A DNA stretch of 64,000 nucleotides from Betaproteobacteria bacterium Ga0077532 (GCA_001464895.1 LNEE01000017.1:138817-202816), one strand, 5' to 3'; positions 48,786-62,992 are shown, numbered from the stretch's first letter. Made by a program: numbers and translations. Notes: generated by a model from the letters alone, not told the origin.

Positions 48786-49846
48786 AAGGCGCGATGAAGA
48801 AACGCTCCGCCAAGGCGGGGCTCCCGCCCGGCTCGCTCGTCTACGTCGGCGAGGAACGCACCCAGCGCACGCGGGTGAGCGTGATCGACTTCGACGAGCA
48901 CCAGGTGAGCGAGCGCGAGATCCATCGTATCGAGGATTGCCTCGCTTTCAAGGAGTCTGGCAGCGTGAGCTGGATCGATGTCGACGAGACACGCGAACCT
49001 GGCACGGTCGCGATGTTCGGCAAGGTGCTGGAGTTCCACCCGCTCATGCAGGAAGACATCCTCGCGACCGACCAGCGCGCGAAGCTCGAGGACCACGGCG
49101 AATATCTCTACGTGGTGCTGAAGATGCTCTCCTGGGATACGGAAACCGACAGCCTGGAGAACGAACAACTCTCCCTCGTGCTCGGCCGGAACTATGTCAT
49201 CACCTTCCAGGAACGGGCCGGGGACTTCTTCGATCCCCTCCGGCGGCGCATCCGGGAGGGGCTGGGCCCGGCACGCAGGCAGCGCGCGGACTACCTCGCC
49301 TACTCGATCCTCGATCTCGTGGTGGACCACTACTTCCTGGTGCTGGAAAAGCTGGGGGAGCGCATCGAACGCGTCGAGGATCTGGTGCTGACGCATCCGC
49401 GGCAGGAACTGCTGCATGAGATTCACACGCTGAAGCGCGAGATGCTGTTCGTGCGAAAGTCGGTGTGGCCAATGAAGGAGGTCATCGCCTCCCTCAGACA
49501 TCTGGACAGCCGCCTCATCGCACGGTCGACGTCGCCCTACCTGCGCGACCTCCAGGACCACATCGAACAGGTACTCGAGGGGGTCGAGATGTACCAGAAT
49601 CTTCTTTCCGACATGCTCGCCGCGTACCTGTCGACGCTCAGCAACCGGACCAATACCGTGATGCGGGTGCTGGCGGTCTTCTCCGCGGTATTCATGCCGC
49701 TCACGTTCGTGACAGGCATCTTCGGAATGAACTTCAAGGACATGCCGGTGCTGGATCTGGAGTGGGGATTCCCCGTGACCATGGCCGCCATGGTCGCCAT
49801 CGGCGGACTGATGCTGGCCTTTTTCATGCGGCGTCGCTGGCTGTAG
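48782..49846 (+). CDS. corA: Magnesium/cobalt transporter CorA
   Basis: KAGLPPGSLVYVG; HPL..EDI; GIFGMNF; alternative ATG at 48794. Confidence 0.95.
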   Translation: MKGAMKKRSAKAGLPPGSLVYVGEERTQRTRVSVIDFDEHQVSEREIHRIEDCLAFKESGSVSWIDVDETREPGTVAMFGKVLEFHPLMQEDILATDQRAKLEDHGEYLYVVLKMLSWDTETDSLENEQLSLVLGRNYVITFQERAGDFFDPLRRRIREGLGPARRQRADYLAYSILDLVVDHYFLVLEKLGERIERVEDLVLTHPRQELLHEIHTLKREMLFVRKSVWPMKEVIASLRHLDSRLIARSTSPYLRDLQDHIEQVLEGVEMYQNLLSDMLAAYLSTLSNRTNTVMRVLAVFSAVFMPLTFVTGIFGMNFKDMPVLDLEWGFPVTMAAMVAIGGLMLAFFMRRRWL

Positions 49847-49917
49847 GGAGACGCTCGGCACTCGGCACCGTCCTGCGAAACAACAGAGTCTCCCCCGATG
49901 CGACGCACCCCGCTGCG

Positions 49918-50328
49918 TCAATCACCGTCCGACCGGACTCGTCCGCGATCCCGCTTGACGTCGGAGCGCGCGCGCTTCTCAGCCACCCGCCGCCGGCGGG
50001 CCGACGCTCCCGGCGCGGTGGGGATACGCACGATCGGACGATGCAGCGCCCTCACCACCAGCGAAACGAGCCGCGCCAATGCATCTTCGCGATTGAGGCC
50101 CTGCGACCGGAATCGCTGCGCCTGGATGATCACCTCGCCATCGAGCGTCGCGCGACTCCCGGCGAGTCGAAGCAGGCGCGCTCGGACCTCGTCGCTCAGG
50201 GCCGGATCGAGGGAAGGGCGGAAGCGCAGTTCAACGGCGGTGGACACCTTGTTCACGTTCTGCCCGCCAGGACCTGAGGCACGCACGAAGCGGAACTCGA
50301 GCGCCGCCGCAGACGGAACGTAGCTCAT
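49918..50328 (-). CDS. arfB: Alternative ribosome rescue peptidyl-tRNA hydrolase ArfB
   Basis: RASGPGGQNVNKVSTAV; RSQ..NR; basic tail. Confidence 0.93.
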   Translation of the reverse strand: MSYVPSAAALEFRFVRASGPGGQNVNKVSTAVELRFRPSLDPALSDEVRARLLRLAGSRATLDGEVIIQAQRFRSQGLNREDALARLVSLVVRALHRPIVRIPTAPGASARRRRVAEKRARSDVKRDRGRVRSDGD

Positions 50329-50705
50329 GAAAACATCCCGCGCCCTGTGGACGAAACGCTTTGTCCAGGCTTACAAGAATGAGGCACTGCAGCATTGGGA
50401 ATCATGGTGATTTCGGGGTTCTCTTCGTGTTGCAAATGAGTTCCACTGGGTCTACATTTCATCCGGTTTCCTGATGCCGGCCAAGATATATTCCTCGTCG
50501 CCGGCATCGCCCCCGCTGCTGTCCCGATGCATTCGAATGGCGTGAGGTATCGATGGCACAGCGAAGGTGGAGCGAAACGCGAGTGCAACGAAGAAGTTTC
50601 GGCTAGCGGGTTTGAGTATCGCGAAGCCATTCAAGCGTTAGAGGTAGTGCTGGTCCACGCAGTCGAGTTTGGCAACATCCTGTTCAAATAATCTGGGAGA
50701 GAGTC

Positions 50706-52448
50706 ATGAAGCATTGGAGCACTCAGCTGACAGCGTCCGTCAAGGCCCTGTCGGTAGCGGCCCTGATCGGCACGAGCAGCGCCGCCCTGGCGGTCGACGG
50801 CAACACGCTGTTGAACGCAGACAAGGACCCGAACAACTGGCTCACGTACCACGGCTCGTACAAGTCGTGGCACTACAGCGATCTTGGCCAGATCAACGCT
50901 GCGAACGTCAAGAACCTGAAAGTGAGCTGGGTTCACACCCCCAGCGCGAGCAAGCGCGGCGTGCAATCCTTCCCGCTCGCCGTCGACGGCGTCCTGTACT
51001 ACACCAGCGCTTCCGGCCAGGTGTGGGCACTCGACGGCGCGACCGGCGAAGTGAAGTGGAAGTACAGCGCCAAGCTCGACCAGGAACGTTCCGAAGGCAC
51101 GTTCTACAACCCCTACAACCGCGGTATCGCGATCGGCTACGGCAACGTCTACATGGGCACGACCGACGGCCGCGTGATCGCGCTCGACATGAACACCGGC
51201 AAGGTCGTGTGGGACAAGATGATCCTCACGGTCGAGGGCGGCAACAAGGGCTTCACGGGCGCCCCGGTGCTTGTGAAGGACATGATCGTCATCGGCTCCA
51301 ACGGCGGTGAGCTGTCCGGTTGCTGCGGCCCCATCTTCGCGGTCGACGCGAAGACCGGTGAAGTGCGCTGGCAATTCGACACCATCGGCGGCGACGAACG
51401 CTCCCGCGCCAGCTGGGGCAACGATTCCTGGAAGACGGGTGGCGGCGGTGGCTGGATGACTGGCACCTACGACGCAGTGACGAACTCCATCTGGTGGGGC
51501 ACTGCCAACCCGGCGCCCGACTATGACTGGGGTGGCGACGACTGGAAGACGAGCGGCGCACGCCCTGGCGACAACCTCTACAGCTCCTCCGTCGTCGTGC
51601 TGAATGCCGATACCGGTGAACTGAAGTCGTGGTTCCAGGAAATGCCCCACGACGCTTGGGACTTCGATAGCGCCGTCGGCGAGTTCATGTCCATCGAGCG
51701 TGGCGGCAAGCGCTACATGGTCCACCCGAACAAGGGCGGCATCATGTTCGTCTACAACGCCGATCCGTCGCATGCGCCTCTGAAGATCGAGAACGCGTAC
51801 ATGACGGGCAAGACGTTCAACTACATCAAGGGCGTCGATGCGAAGACCGGCCAACTGATCGGCCGCCGCGAGCTGCCGGAAGGCAAGCACACGAATGTGT
51901 GCCCCGCCATCGACGGTGCGACTTCCTGGAACACGGGCGCCTACAACCCGAATACGGGCCTGATGTACAAGGTCGGTCAGGAATGGTGCTTCGACATCGA
52001 GGTCGTGAAAGCCGATCCGCCCCCCGCGTTCTCCGGTCAGGCCTATTTCGGCGCCAGCTGGACTTCCACGCATCCTGAAGGCCGCAAGGCATTCGGCTAC
52101 GTGACGGCTCGCGACCCGATCTCCGGCACGATCAAGTGGGAGAAGGAGTACAAGTACCCGCCGCTCGCCAGCCTGCTGGCGACGAAGGGCAACTTGGTGT
52201 TTGTGCCCGGTGCCAATGGCGTGTTCGAAGCGCTTGATGCCCGTTCTGGTGCCACGTTGTGGTCCCACAACAACGGTATCGGCCACCACGGCGGCGTGAT
52301 CTCCTACACCGCCAAGGGCAAGCAGTACGTCGCGGTTGTGACAGGCTGGGGTAGCCACGTGGCAGGCAACTACTGCCCGCTGTTCGGCGAGCCCTTCTGC
52401 AGCATGCCGACCGACGCTGGTCAGCTCCTGGTCTTCGCACTGCCCTGA
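50706..52448 (+). CDS. PQQ-dependent alcohol dehydrogenase family protein (type I), probably lanthanide-binding
   Basis: Signal peptide; NWLTY; NRG; GGGGW; WGTANP; PGDNLY; PHDAWDFD; KQYVAVVTGWG. Confidence 0.9.
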   Translation: MKHWSTQLTASVKALSVAALIGTSSAALAVDGNTLLNADKDPNNWLTYHGSYKSWHYSDLGQINAANVKNLKVSWVHTPSASKRGVQSFPLAVDGVLYYTSASGQVWALDGATGEVKWKYSAKLDQERSEGTFYNPYNRGIAIGYGNVYMGTTDGRVIALDMNTGKVVWDKMILTVEGGNKGFTGAPVLVKDMIVIGSNGGELSGCCGPIFAVDAKTGEVRWQFDTIGGDERSRASWGNDSWKTGGGGGWMTGTYDAVTNSIWWGTANPAPDYDWGGDDWKTSGARPGDNLYSSSVVVLNADTGELKSWFQEMPHDAWDFDSAVGEFMSIERGGKRYMVHPNKGGIMFVYNADPSHAPLKIENAYMTGKTFNYIKGVDAKTGQLIGRRELPEGKHTNVCPAIDGATSWNTGAYNPNTGLMYKVGQEWCFDIEVVKADPPPAFSGQAYFGASWTSTHPEGRKAFGYVTARDPISGTIKWEKEYKYPPLASLLATKGNLVFVPGANGVFEALDARSGATLWSHNNGIGHHGGVISYTAKGKQYVAVVTGWGSHVAGNYCPLFGEPFCSMPTDAGQLLVFALP

Positions 52449-52515
52449 TACAAGCTCAGCGTGTAGCGCGTGTTGCCGAAGGCTAGGTAAGCGCACCGCA
52501 CATTGAGGCGTTTCG

Positions 52516-52545
52516 AAGGGCGAGGGAGAGATCCCTCGCCCTTTT
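52516..52545 (+). terminator. Intrinsic terminator after the PQQ dehydrogenase
   Basis: aagggcgaggga-gaga-tccctcgccctttt. Confidence 0.7.
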
Positions 52546-52597
52546 CGTTAGTGTCTTCCACACGTCTGTCCGAACTCGAATTCGGGAAGGAGAAAAC

Positions 52598-52984
52598 ATG
52601 AAAGTTGCCACGATGACGATGCGCGGCTGCCTGCTCGTGCTCGCGTCGCTTACCGTGGGATCGGCTGGTGGCGTGCTGGCCGCCGATGACATCAACCCGG
52701 CAAGCGAGACGGCAAAGCCTACAGAGCCGGCAGCAGCCCCCGAGAAACCAAAGATCGATATTCGGAAACTGTTCGCCACGAACTGCAGCTGGTGCCACCA
52801 AGACTATGGAATGAAGGCGGCCGACGGCCCAAAACTCGCAGGCACATCGATGACCGAGGAACAGCTCATCGAACAGATTTCGCGCGGTAAGTCACCGATG
52901 CCGGGCTTCCGGAAGACGCTCTCGAAGGAACAGATCGAGGCCCTCGCCAAGTACATCAAAGGGCTGAAGGATCCTGGCAACTGA
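52598..52984 (+). CDS. Periplasmic monoheme cytochrome c
   Basis: Signal peptide; CSWCH; MPGF. Confidence 0.9.
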   Translation: MKVATMTMRGCLLVLASLTVGSAGGVLAADDINPASETAKPTEPAAAPEKPKIDIRKLFATNCSWCHQDYGMKAADGPKLAGTSMTEEQLIEQISRGKSPMPGFRKTLSKEQIEALAKYIKGLKDPGN

Positions 52985-53044
52985 CGGGAGGCGTATCCTG
53001 ACCAAGCGTTGAACGAAGGGGGTACCTCAGGCGCTTCGTCTCGG

Positions 53045-53434
53045 TCACCGAGATTCGGATTTCACAATCGAGAGTTCGAGACGAAGCTTGTAGCCTCCGT
53101 AGGTGACAGCCCCGCGAATCGCACCATCCCCGCGAACCGGCAGGACAGCTGTCATAGCGCTGCCGTCGTCGCCTTTTGCAAGAAAGCGAAGCACATCGGA
53201 CTCAAACGAGACGTCCCTCAAAAGCACCGGCTCGGCGCCGAAATTTTCATTGTTCGTCATGTGCAGAGTCCCTTGACCACCGTCCAGGCGCAGGACCGCA
53301 ACACCGCTCGACATCCCGAGATACCATGGCCCTTTCCAAACGCCTGAAAGATCATCCGCATGGGCGCCGAGAGAAAGCCCGAGGACTGCCAATACCGTTG
53401 CAACATTGCCGAACAGGGTTTTTCGATGCTGCAT
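53045..53434 (-). CDS. Exported hypothetical protein
   Basis: GGAGGG RBS; signal peptide (AHA-D); DLSGVWKGPWYLGMSSG; beta-rich. Confidence 0.65.
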   Translation of the reverse strand: MQHRKTLFGNVATVLAVLGLSLGAHADDLSGVWKGPWYLGMSSGVAVLRLDGGQGTLHMTNNENFGAEPVLLRDVSFESDVLRFLAKGDDGSAMTAVLPVRGDGAIRGAVTYGGYKLRLELSIVKSESR

Positions 53435-53526
53435 GTTAGCTTCCCTCCAATCCTTTCTGCGTACCGATGCTTGGGGAGCGCGGGCGATCGCCGCATGGAC
53501 GCCGAAAGGATACGGGAACATCGAGA

Positions 53527-54666
53527 ATGAGCAACCGCCGCCTAGTGCCAGGCGACATCCAGCATGGGGTCCCGTTGCCGTGCGATCTTTTCGACCACTC
53601 GGGACGTCTGCTCCTGCGACTGGGCCAGACAGTCGCCAGCGAGGCGCAGGTGGCGCGTATTCTCGAGATCGGCGTATTCGGCGATCCGGAGTGGAACCTC
53701 GAGTTCGCAGTTGATGAAGAGAGCACGACCCGCGTGTCGGTATTTGCTCGAATCCACGCGCTTCGCGAGGCGTTGGTTCCGACAGTGACCTCTCGGCACA
53801 TTTCCACGGACGTGATCCGTGGACACGCTACCGAACTCATGGAACTGTGCCGACTGGATCCAGACGCAGCATTGGCCACCGTGCTTCTGCAACGCTCGCC
53901 GCCATACGGCGTCCGCCAGATGGTGAATGCTGCGATCGTCACCGAGATTTTGTTGTCGCAGCGCGAAGCGGATCGGGCTGCCAGATTGCCAGTGGTATCT
54001 GCGGCGCTGACGATGAACATTGCGATGCTGGCACTTCAGGAAGCTCTCTATCACCAGCGGGACGATCTGACCGAGGCACAGCGCGCGGATGTCCAGGCGC
54101 ACCCCTTGCGCGCAGTCGAACGTCTGAAAGCCGCTGGCGTTACTGATGCGGTGTGGCTATCGGTGGTGGGCCAGCATCATGAAGCGATCGACGGCTCGGG
54201 CTATCCGGCGCGATTGAGGGGCGACGCGATCGACACCGGCGCCCGCATCGTGTGCGCGGCTGATCGCTACTGCGCGATGGTGTCGGAGCGGGCCTATCGG
54301 CCTGGGGCGTTCCCGAGCGTCGCGCTGAGACAGATTTTTCTTGCTCAGGGAAAAAGTGTGGACGTCGGCATCGCCGCCCTGCTGGTCAAGGAAATCGGTC
54401 TCTATCCTCCCGGAACGGTGGTTCAGTTAGCCAACGGCGAGATCGGCGTTGCCATGAAACGCACGCTCAAATCCGGAAACCCGATCGTGCGTACCATCCT
54501 GAATGCGTCAGGCATTCGACTACCGATGATGCCGAAGCGTCGGACGACGCAGCCGAGTTTCCAGATCACGCAGGTGCATCCACTCACGCGCCTGCCAGAG
54601 AACTTGGACATCTCATCGATCTGGATTCCCCGCGAGACCGATGTGGACGACGACATCGATGGATGA
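53527..54666 (+). CDS. HD-GYP-like protein with degenerate HD motif
   Basis: QHHE.IDGSGYP; AD.YCAM...RAYR; GLYPPG; MN at the HD position. Confidence 0.8.
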   Translation: MSNRRLVPGDIQHGVPLPCDLFDHSGRLLLRLGQTVASEAQVARILEIGVFGDPEWNLEFAVDEESTTRVSVFARIHALREALVPTVTSRHISTDVIRGHATELMELCRLDPDAALATVLLQRSPPYGVRQMVNAAIVTEILLSQREADRAARLPVVSAALTMNIAMLALQEALYHQRDDLTEAQRADVQAHPLRAVERLKAAGVTDAVWLSVVGQHHEAIDGSGYPARLRGDAIDTGARIVCAADRYCAMVSERAYRPGAFPSVALRQIFLAQGKSVDVGIAALLVKEIGLYPPGTVVQLANGEIGVAMKRTLKSGNPIVRTILNASGIRLPMMPKRRTTQPSFQITQVHPLTRLPENLDISSIWIPRETDVDDDIDG

Positions 54667-54783
54667 ACGTCGTACAACCGGGTGGGCAGTGGACTTGTGG
54701 AAGACTCTCTGACGTCTTCATGACTTCGGTTGCTGTGCAGCGGCCATGCTGTCACAACCGGCACCACCGTCCCCGTGCCTCAT

Positions 54784-54818
54784 AAAAAAACGCCCTCTCA
54801 CGCATGTGGAGGGCGTTC
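54784..54818 (-). terminator. Intrinsic terminator after clpA
   Basis: A7 followed by cgccctc-loop-gagggcg (U tract on the minus strand). Confidence 0.75.
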
Positions 54819-54840
54819 CTACGTCATGTCGTCTGAAGGA

Positions 54841-57132
54841 TCAGGCCACGCTGCTGGCCTCCTCCTCCCGCTTTTTCTCAGCAGGGGGCGGAACGTCAAA
54901 GACAAGCTGCACTTTGTCCTCGCCGTCGATATCGACTGTCACCTTGCCACCGGACATGAGACGTCCGAACAGCAGTTCGTCTGCAAGAGCGCGTCGGATC
55001 GTGTCCTGGATGAGCCGTGCCATGGGACGCGCGCCCATCAGTGGATCGAACCCGTTCTTGGCCAGGTGATCCTTGAGCGCGGTGGTGAACGTCGCCTCTA
55101 CCTTCTTCTCGTGCAGCTGCTCCTCCAACTGCATCAGGAACTTGTCGACGACGCGCATGATGACTTCGTAGTCGAGCGCAGCAAACGAGATAGTTGCGTC
55201 CAGCCGGTTCCTGAACTCGGGCGTGAACATCCGCTTGATCTCCGCCATCTCGTCGCCAGCCTGCTTGCCGAGCGTGAAACCAATTGACGTCTTCGCAAGC
55301 GTCTCGGCCCCCGCGTTCGTGGTCATGATGATCGCGACGTTTCGGAAATCCGCCTTCCGACCGTTGTTGTCGGTGAGCGTGCCGTGGTCCATCACCTGAA
55401 GCAAGATGTTGAAGATGTCTGGGTGCGCCTTCTCGATTTCATCGAGGAGAAGAACCGCATAAGGATGCTTCGCAATCGCCTCCGTCAGCAGGCCACCTTG
55501 ATCGAAGCCCACGTATCCGGGCGGCGCTCCGATGAGACGCGAGACAGCGTGTCGCTCCATGTACTCGGACATGTCGAAACGGATCAGCTCGACACCGAGG
55601 ATGTAAGCCAACTGGCGGGCAACCTCGGTCTTACCAACGCCCGTGGGACCCGAAAAGAGGAAGGATCCGATCGGCTTGAGAGGATTCCCCAGACCACTCC
55701 GGGACATCTTGATCGCTGCGGCGAGCGCATCAATCGCTTTGTCCTGACCGAACACCACAGCCTTCAAATCGCGGTCCAGGGTCTTGAGGGAGTTGCGGTC
55801 GCTGGAAGACACATTCTGTGGCGGGATCCGCGCGATCTTCGCCACGGTCTCCTCGATGTCGTGCTTGCCGATGACCTTGCGCTGCTTCGACTTGGGGAGA
55901 ATGCGCTGCGCGGCACCAGCCTCATCGATCACATCGATCGCCTTGTCGGGCAGATGGCGGTCATTGATGTACCGAGCTGAAAGCTCAGCGGCGGAGCTCA
56001 GCGCCGCCTCTGTGTAACGCACTCCATGATGCGCCTCGAACCGTGTCTTGAGGCCACGAAGAATGGCGACTGTCTCCTCGATCGTAGGTTCGACGACGTC
56101 GATCTTCTGGAAGCGGCGTGAGAGCGCGTGATCCTTCTCGAAGATTCCGCGGAACTCGTTATAAGTTGTTGCACCGATGCACTTCATCTGCCCCGACGAC
56201 AGGGCAGGCTTCAGAAGATTGGACGCATCCAACGTACCGCCTGACGCCGCGCCTGCACCGATGAGCGTGTGGATTTCGTCGATGAAGAGTATTGCATTTG
56301 GGTTGTCGGTGAGCTGCTTGAGCACAGCCTTCAGTCGCTGCTCGAAATCACCGCGGTACTTGGTTCCCGCCAGCAGCGCACCCATGTCGAGAGCGTAGAC
56401 CACGCAGTGACTGAGAATCTCGGGAACCTGCCCCTCGATGATGCGACGGGCCAAGCCCTCCGCGATCGCGGTCTTACCGACTCCGGCCTCGCCCACCAGC
56501 AGGGGATTGTTCTTCCTGCGGCGACACAGTGTCTGGATGACACGCTCGACCTCTTTCTCTCGACCGATCAGCGGATCGATCTTCCCGCTGATGGCCTGGG
56601 CGTTCAGGTTCTGGGTGTACGTCTCCAACGCACCGCCGGCGCCCTGCTCTTGCTCGGCCTCGGCCTCGGCCTCCTGCTTCGGAGGTTGGGCCGCGCTCTG
56701 AGGAACCTTGCTTATGCCGTGCGAGATGAAATTGACGACGTCTAGGCGAGTCACGCCTTTCTGATGCAAGAAGTAGACGGCGTGGGAATCCTTTTCACCA
56801 AAGATAGCCACCAGCACATTGGCACCGGTGACCTCTTTCTTGCCCGACGACTGGACGTGGAGGATGGCGCGCTGGATGACACGTTGGAAACCGAGGGTCG
56901 GCTGAGTGTCGACCTCGTCACCAGACACCACCGGTGTGTGTTCGTTGATGAAATCCGTGAGCTGCTTCCGCAGTTCCTCGATGTTCGCCGCACAAGCGCG
57001 CAACACTTCAGAGGCTGACGGGTTGTCCAACATGGCGAGGAGCAGGTGCTCCACCGTGATGAACTCGTGGCGCTTCTGCCTGGCCTCCATGAACGCCATG
57101 TGCAGACTGACTTCGAGTTCCTGGGCAATCAT
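54841..57132 (-). CDS. clpA: ATP-dependent Clp protease ATP-binding subunit ClpA
   Basis: MIAQELEVSLHMAF; GEAGVGKT; GPTGVGKT; follows clpS. Confidence 0.97.
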   Translation of the reverse strand: MIAQELEVSLHMAFMEARQKRHEFITVEHLLLAMLDNPSASEVLRACAANIEELRKQLTDFINEHTPVVSGDEVDTQPTLGFQRVIQRAILHVQSSGKKEVTGANVLVAIFGEKDSHAVYFLHQKGVTRLDVVNFISHGISKVPQSAAQPPKQEAEAEAEQEQGAGGALETYTQNLNAQAISGKIDPLIGREKEVERVIQTLCRRRKNNPLLVGEAGVGKTAIAEGLARRIIEGQVPEILSHCVVYALDMGALLAGTKYRGDFEQRLKAVLKQLTDNPNAILFIDEIHTLIGAGAASGGTLDASNLLKPALSSGQMKCIGATTYNEFRGIFEKDHALSRRFQKIDVVEPTIEETVAILRGLKTRFEAHHGVRYTEAALSSAAELSARYINDRHLPDKAIDVIDEAGAAQRILPKSKQRKVIGKHDIEETVAKIARIPPQNVSSSDRNSLKTLDRDLKAVVFGQDKAIDALAAAIKMSRSGLGNPLKPIGSFLFSGPTGVGKTEVARQLAYILGVELIRFDMSEYMERHAVSRLIGAPPGYVGFDQGGLLTEAIAKHPYAVLLLDEIEKAHPDIFNILLQVMDHGTLTDNNGRKADFRNVAIIMTTNAGAETLAKTSIGFTLGKQAGDEMAEIKRMFTPEFRNRLDATISFAALDYEVIMRVVDKFLMQLEEQLHEKKVEATFTTALKDHLAKNGFDPLMGARPMARLIQDTIRRALADELLFGRLMSGGKVTVDIDGEDKVQLVFDVPPPAEKKREEEASSVA

Positions 57133-57441
57133 CTACGTTTCCTCCATCACACACTGCAACGGGTGCTGATGCTGACGCGAATACGAGATGACCTGTTCCA
57201 CCTTGGTCGCGGCGACATCCTTCGGAAATACTCCGCACACGCCCATTCCATCGCGGTGCACCTTCAACATCACTTGCGTGGCCTGCTCACGGGTCATTCC
57301 GAAGAAGTCCTGAAGTACCCCGACCACGAAATCCATCGGTGTGTAGTCGTCGTTCAGCAGAAGCACTTTGTACAGCGGAGGAGGCTCGACCTTCTGCTTC
57401 TCGACCTCCAACACTCCACCTTCTCGTGGACTTGTCGCCAT
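57133..57441 (-). CDS. clpS: Clp protease adaptor ClpS
   Basis: [17 protein letters not shown]; HPLQC. Confidence 0.97.
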   Translation of the reverse strand: MATSPREGGVLEVEKQKVEPPPLYKVLLLNDDYTPMDFVVGVLQDFFGMTREQATQVMLKVHRDGMGVCGVFPKDVAATKVEQVISYSRQHQHPLQCVMEET

Positions 57442-57660
57442 AGCCCTGCCGTTACCTGACTGCTGAGTGGATCAGCACACTCGACGAATCTATTGTGCGC
57501 GCAAATTCGAATTTTACAAGGGGCGCACCCTCGCCTCTTTCCGATGTCGCCGGCACCTCGAAACCTACCGCCCAACCAACCAAAGACGTTGGCCGGCGTC
57601 CCGCTTCCAGCGACCAGGAATCCGTCGCAGATATCTCGGCAACTCGCGCCCCTTGCATGA

Positions 57661-58908
<1,248 letters not shown>

Positions 58909-58971
58909 CGATCACCTTTCGCAAGTTGAACTGCTTGGTACGGGATATGGGCAGAACCGTGTCGGCGCACC

Positions 58972-58996
58972 GCAAGGACACTGCAAGGACACTGCA
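58972..58996. repeat. 11-bp direct repeat GCAAGGACACT x2 upstream of icd
   Basis: gcaaggacact-gcaaggacact-gca, read directly. Confidence 0.75.
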
Positions 58997-59579
58997 TGGG
59001 GCCTGCACGTCGCAAGACGTGTCCGTTGAACATCTGCCCTTCAACATCGCGCCTTCAACATTGGCTCGTCAGCCAATTGGAAGATCAGCTCACGGGGCTC
59101 CCAACTTCATCGTTCTTGAAACGCCCGATCGCAGGCATGCATTCCCTGATCGGCCGACGGGCATCAACCCCTTCGGAGTTTAGTCCACGCGCCCAATGTT
59201 GGCGACCTGCCAGTCCTCCCGTCGTGCCCGCGTTGCTTGCTCCCCAACCATTGACCGCCATGCATCCCCGGCAGCAAAAAGACGCCCGTGGCTCGATTAC
59301 TGGGGTCCCAGGATCTCCTGTCCAGAGTTGACGGCTTGTCCAAGTCTGAGACTGGCGCAAGGGTCACCCCCCTTGCCCAACGGGAGCGGAATCGGCCGAA
59401 CGACGCGCGACCACACTTTCCGCGAACGGCAACCATGGACACCTTTGGTAGCCCTGGAACCTTGCCGGCGCCATTGGCGTGCCGTAGGCGGCGGGAACGC
59501 ACAACACAGCGACACCCAGGTCATTCCCTGGGGGCAATGACCTCTGGAGATGTATCCGCCGCACACCAGCAAAACTGCT

Positions 59580-59594
59580 TTCCGCATTGCGGGA
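59580..59594. promoter_or_regulatory. Candidate operator palindrome TTCCGCA-T-TGCGGGA upstream of aceA
   Basis: 15-bp palindrome with one mismatch, near TTGACA (59641) and TATACT (59683). Confidence 0.45.
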
Positions 59595-59937
59595 TAACTG
59601 GTCGCACGCAGCATGCAAATAACTGATTCCTCAATATAAATTGACATCCCGACATTGTTGTTGCACTGCGCAAGACCGATCGTATACTCAGCGGACACGG
59701 TGCCGTGTTCGACAAAGGTGAAATGTCGGCACTCCGGTGGTGATCGCCAACCCGATCATCCCCTTGGCCCGCCAGACCTGATCTCTGGCCGCCTCGTGCA
59801 ACTGGGTGCAGCGCGCACGCAACTTGCGCTGCGGGCTTCCTGGCAGCGCAGCAGGTTGCCTCGGCGTCGATGGCCCAACAGGGTCCTCGCGTGTCCGTCT
59901 CAGCCAGCGCAACTTTCAACTCGGACTGGAGATTCAA

Positions 59938-61209
<1,272 letters not shown>

Positions 61210-61227
61210 CGGTGACGGCTCCCGCCG

Positions 61228-61259
61228 AAACCCGGACACCGCGGTGTCCGGGTTTTTTT
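61228..61259 (+). terminator. Intrinsic terminator after aceA
   Basis: aaacccggacac-cgcg-gtgtccggg followed by T7. Confidence 0.88.
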
Positions 61260-61286
61260 CGGCCTCTGCCAACCGGCAAAATCTAA

Positions 61287-61295
61287 TGCCATAAT
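61287..61295 (+). promoter_or_regulatory. Candidate extended -10 promoter of aceB
   Basis: TGcCATAAT 40 bp upstream of the aceB start, after the aceA terminator. Confidence 0.45.
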
Positions 61296-61335
61296 GCGGG
61301 AAATTTCATTCCCGACGATCCCACGGAGTACACCA

Positions 61336-62952
<1,617 letters not shown>

Positions 62953-62992
62953 GATCGCCCGCGGCTGACACATCGCCGCCAACGGCCCCTCC

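Noticed and set aside
50325-50705. Sigma54 promoter or small ORF upstream of the PQQ dehydrogenase
   Set aside because: The TGGC hits lack a correctly spaced GC, and the ORFs look non-coding.
57442-57660. cspD expected next to clpS
   Set aside because: No cold-shock domain ORF was recognised in this gap.
59543-59580. CTCTGGAGA glycine riboswitch-like motif upstream of aceA
   Set aside because: The downstream GAAGG and CTCAGG elements are missing.
58926-59698. Short ORFs in the icd-aceA spacer
   Set aside because: None shows a convincing RBS, codon bias or family motif.
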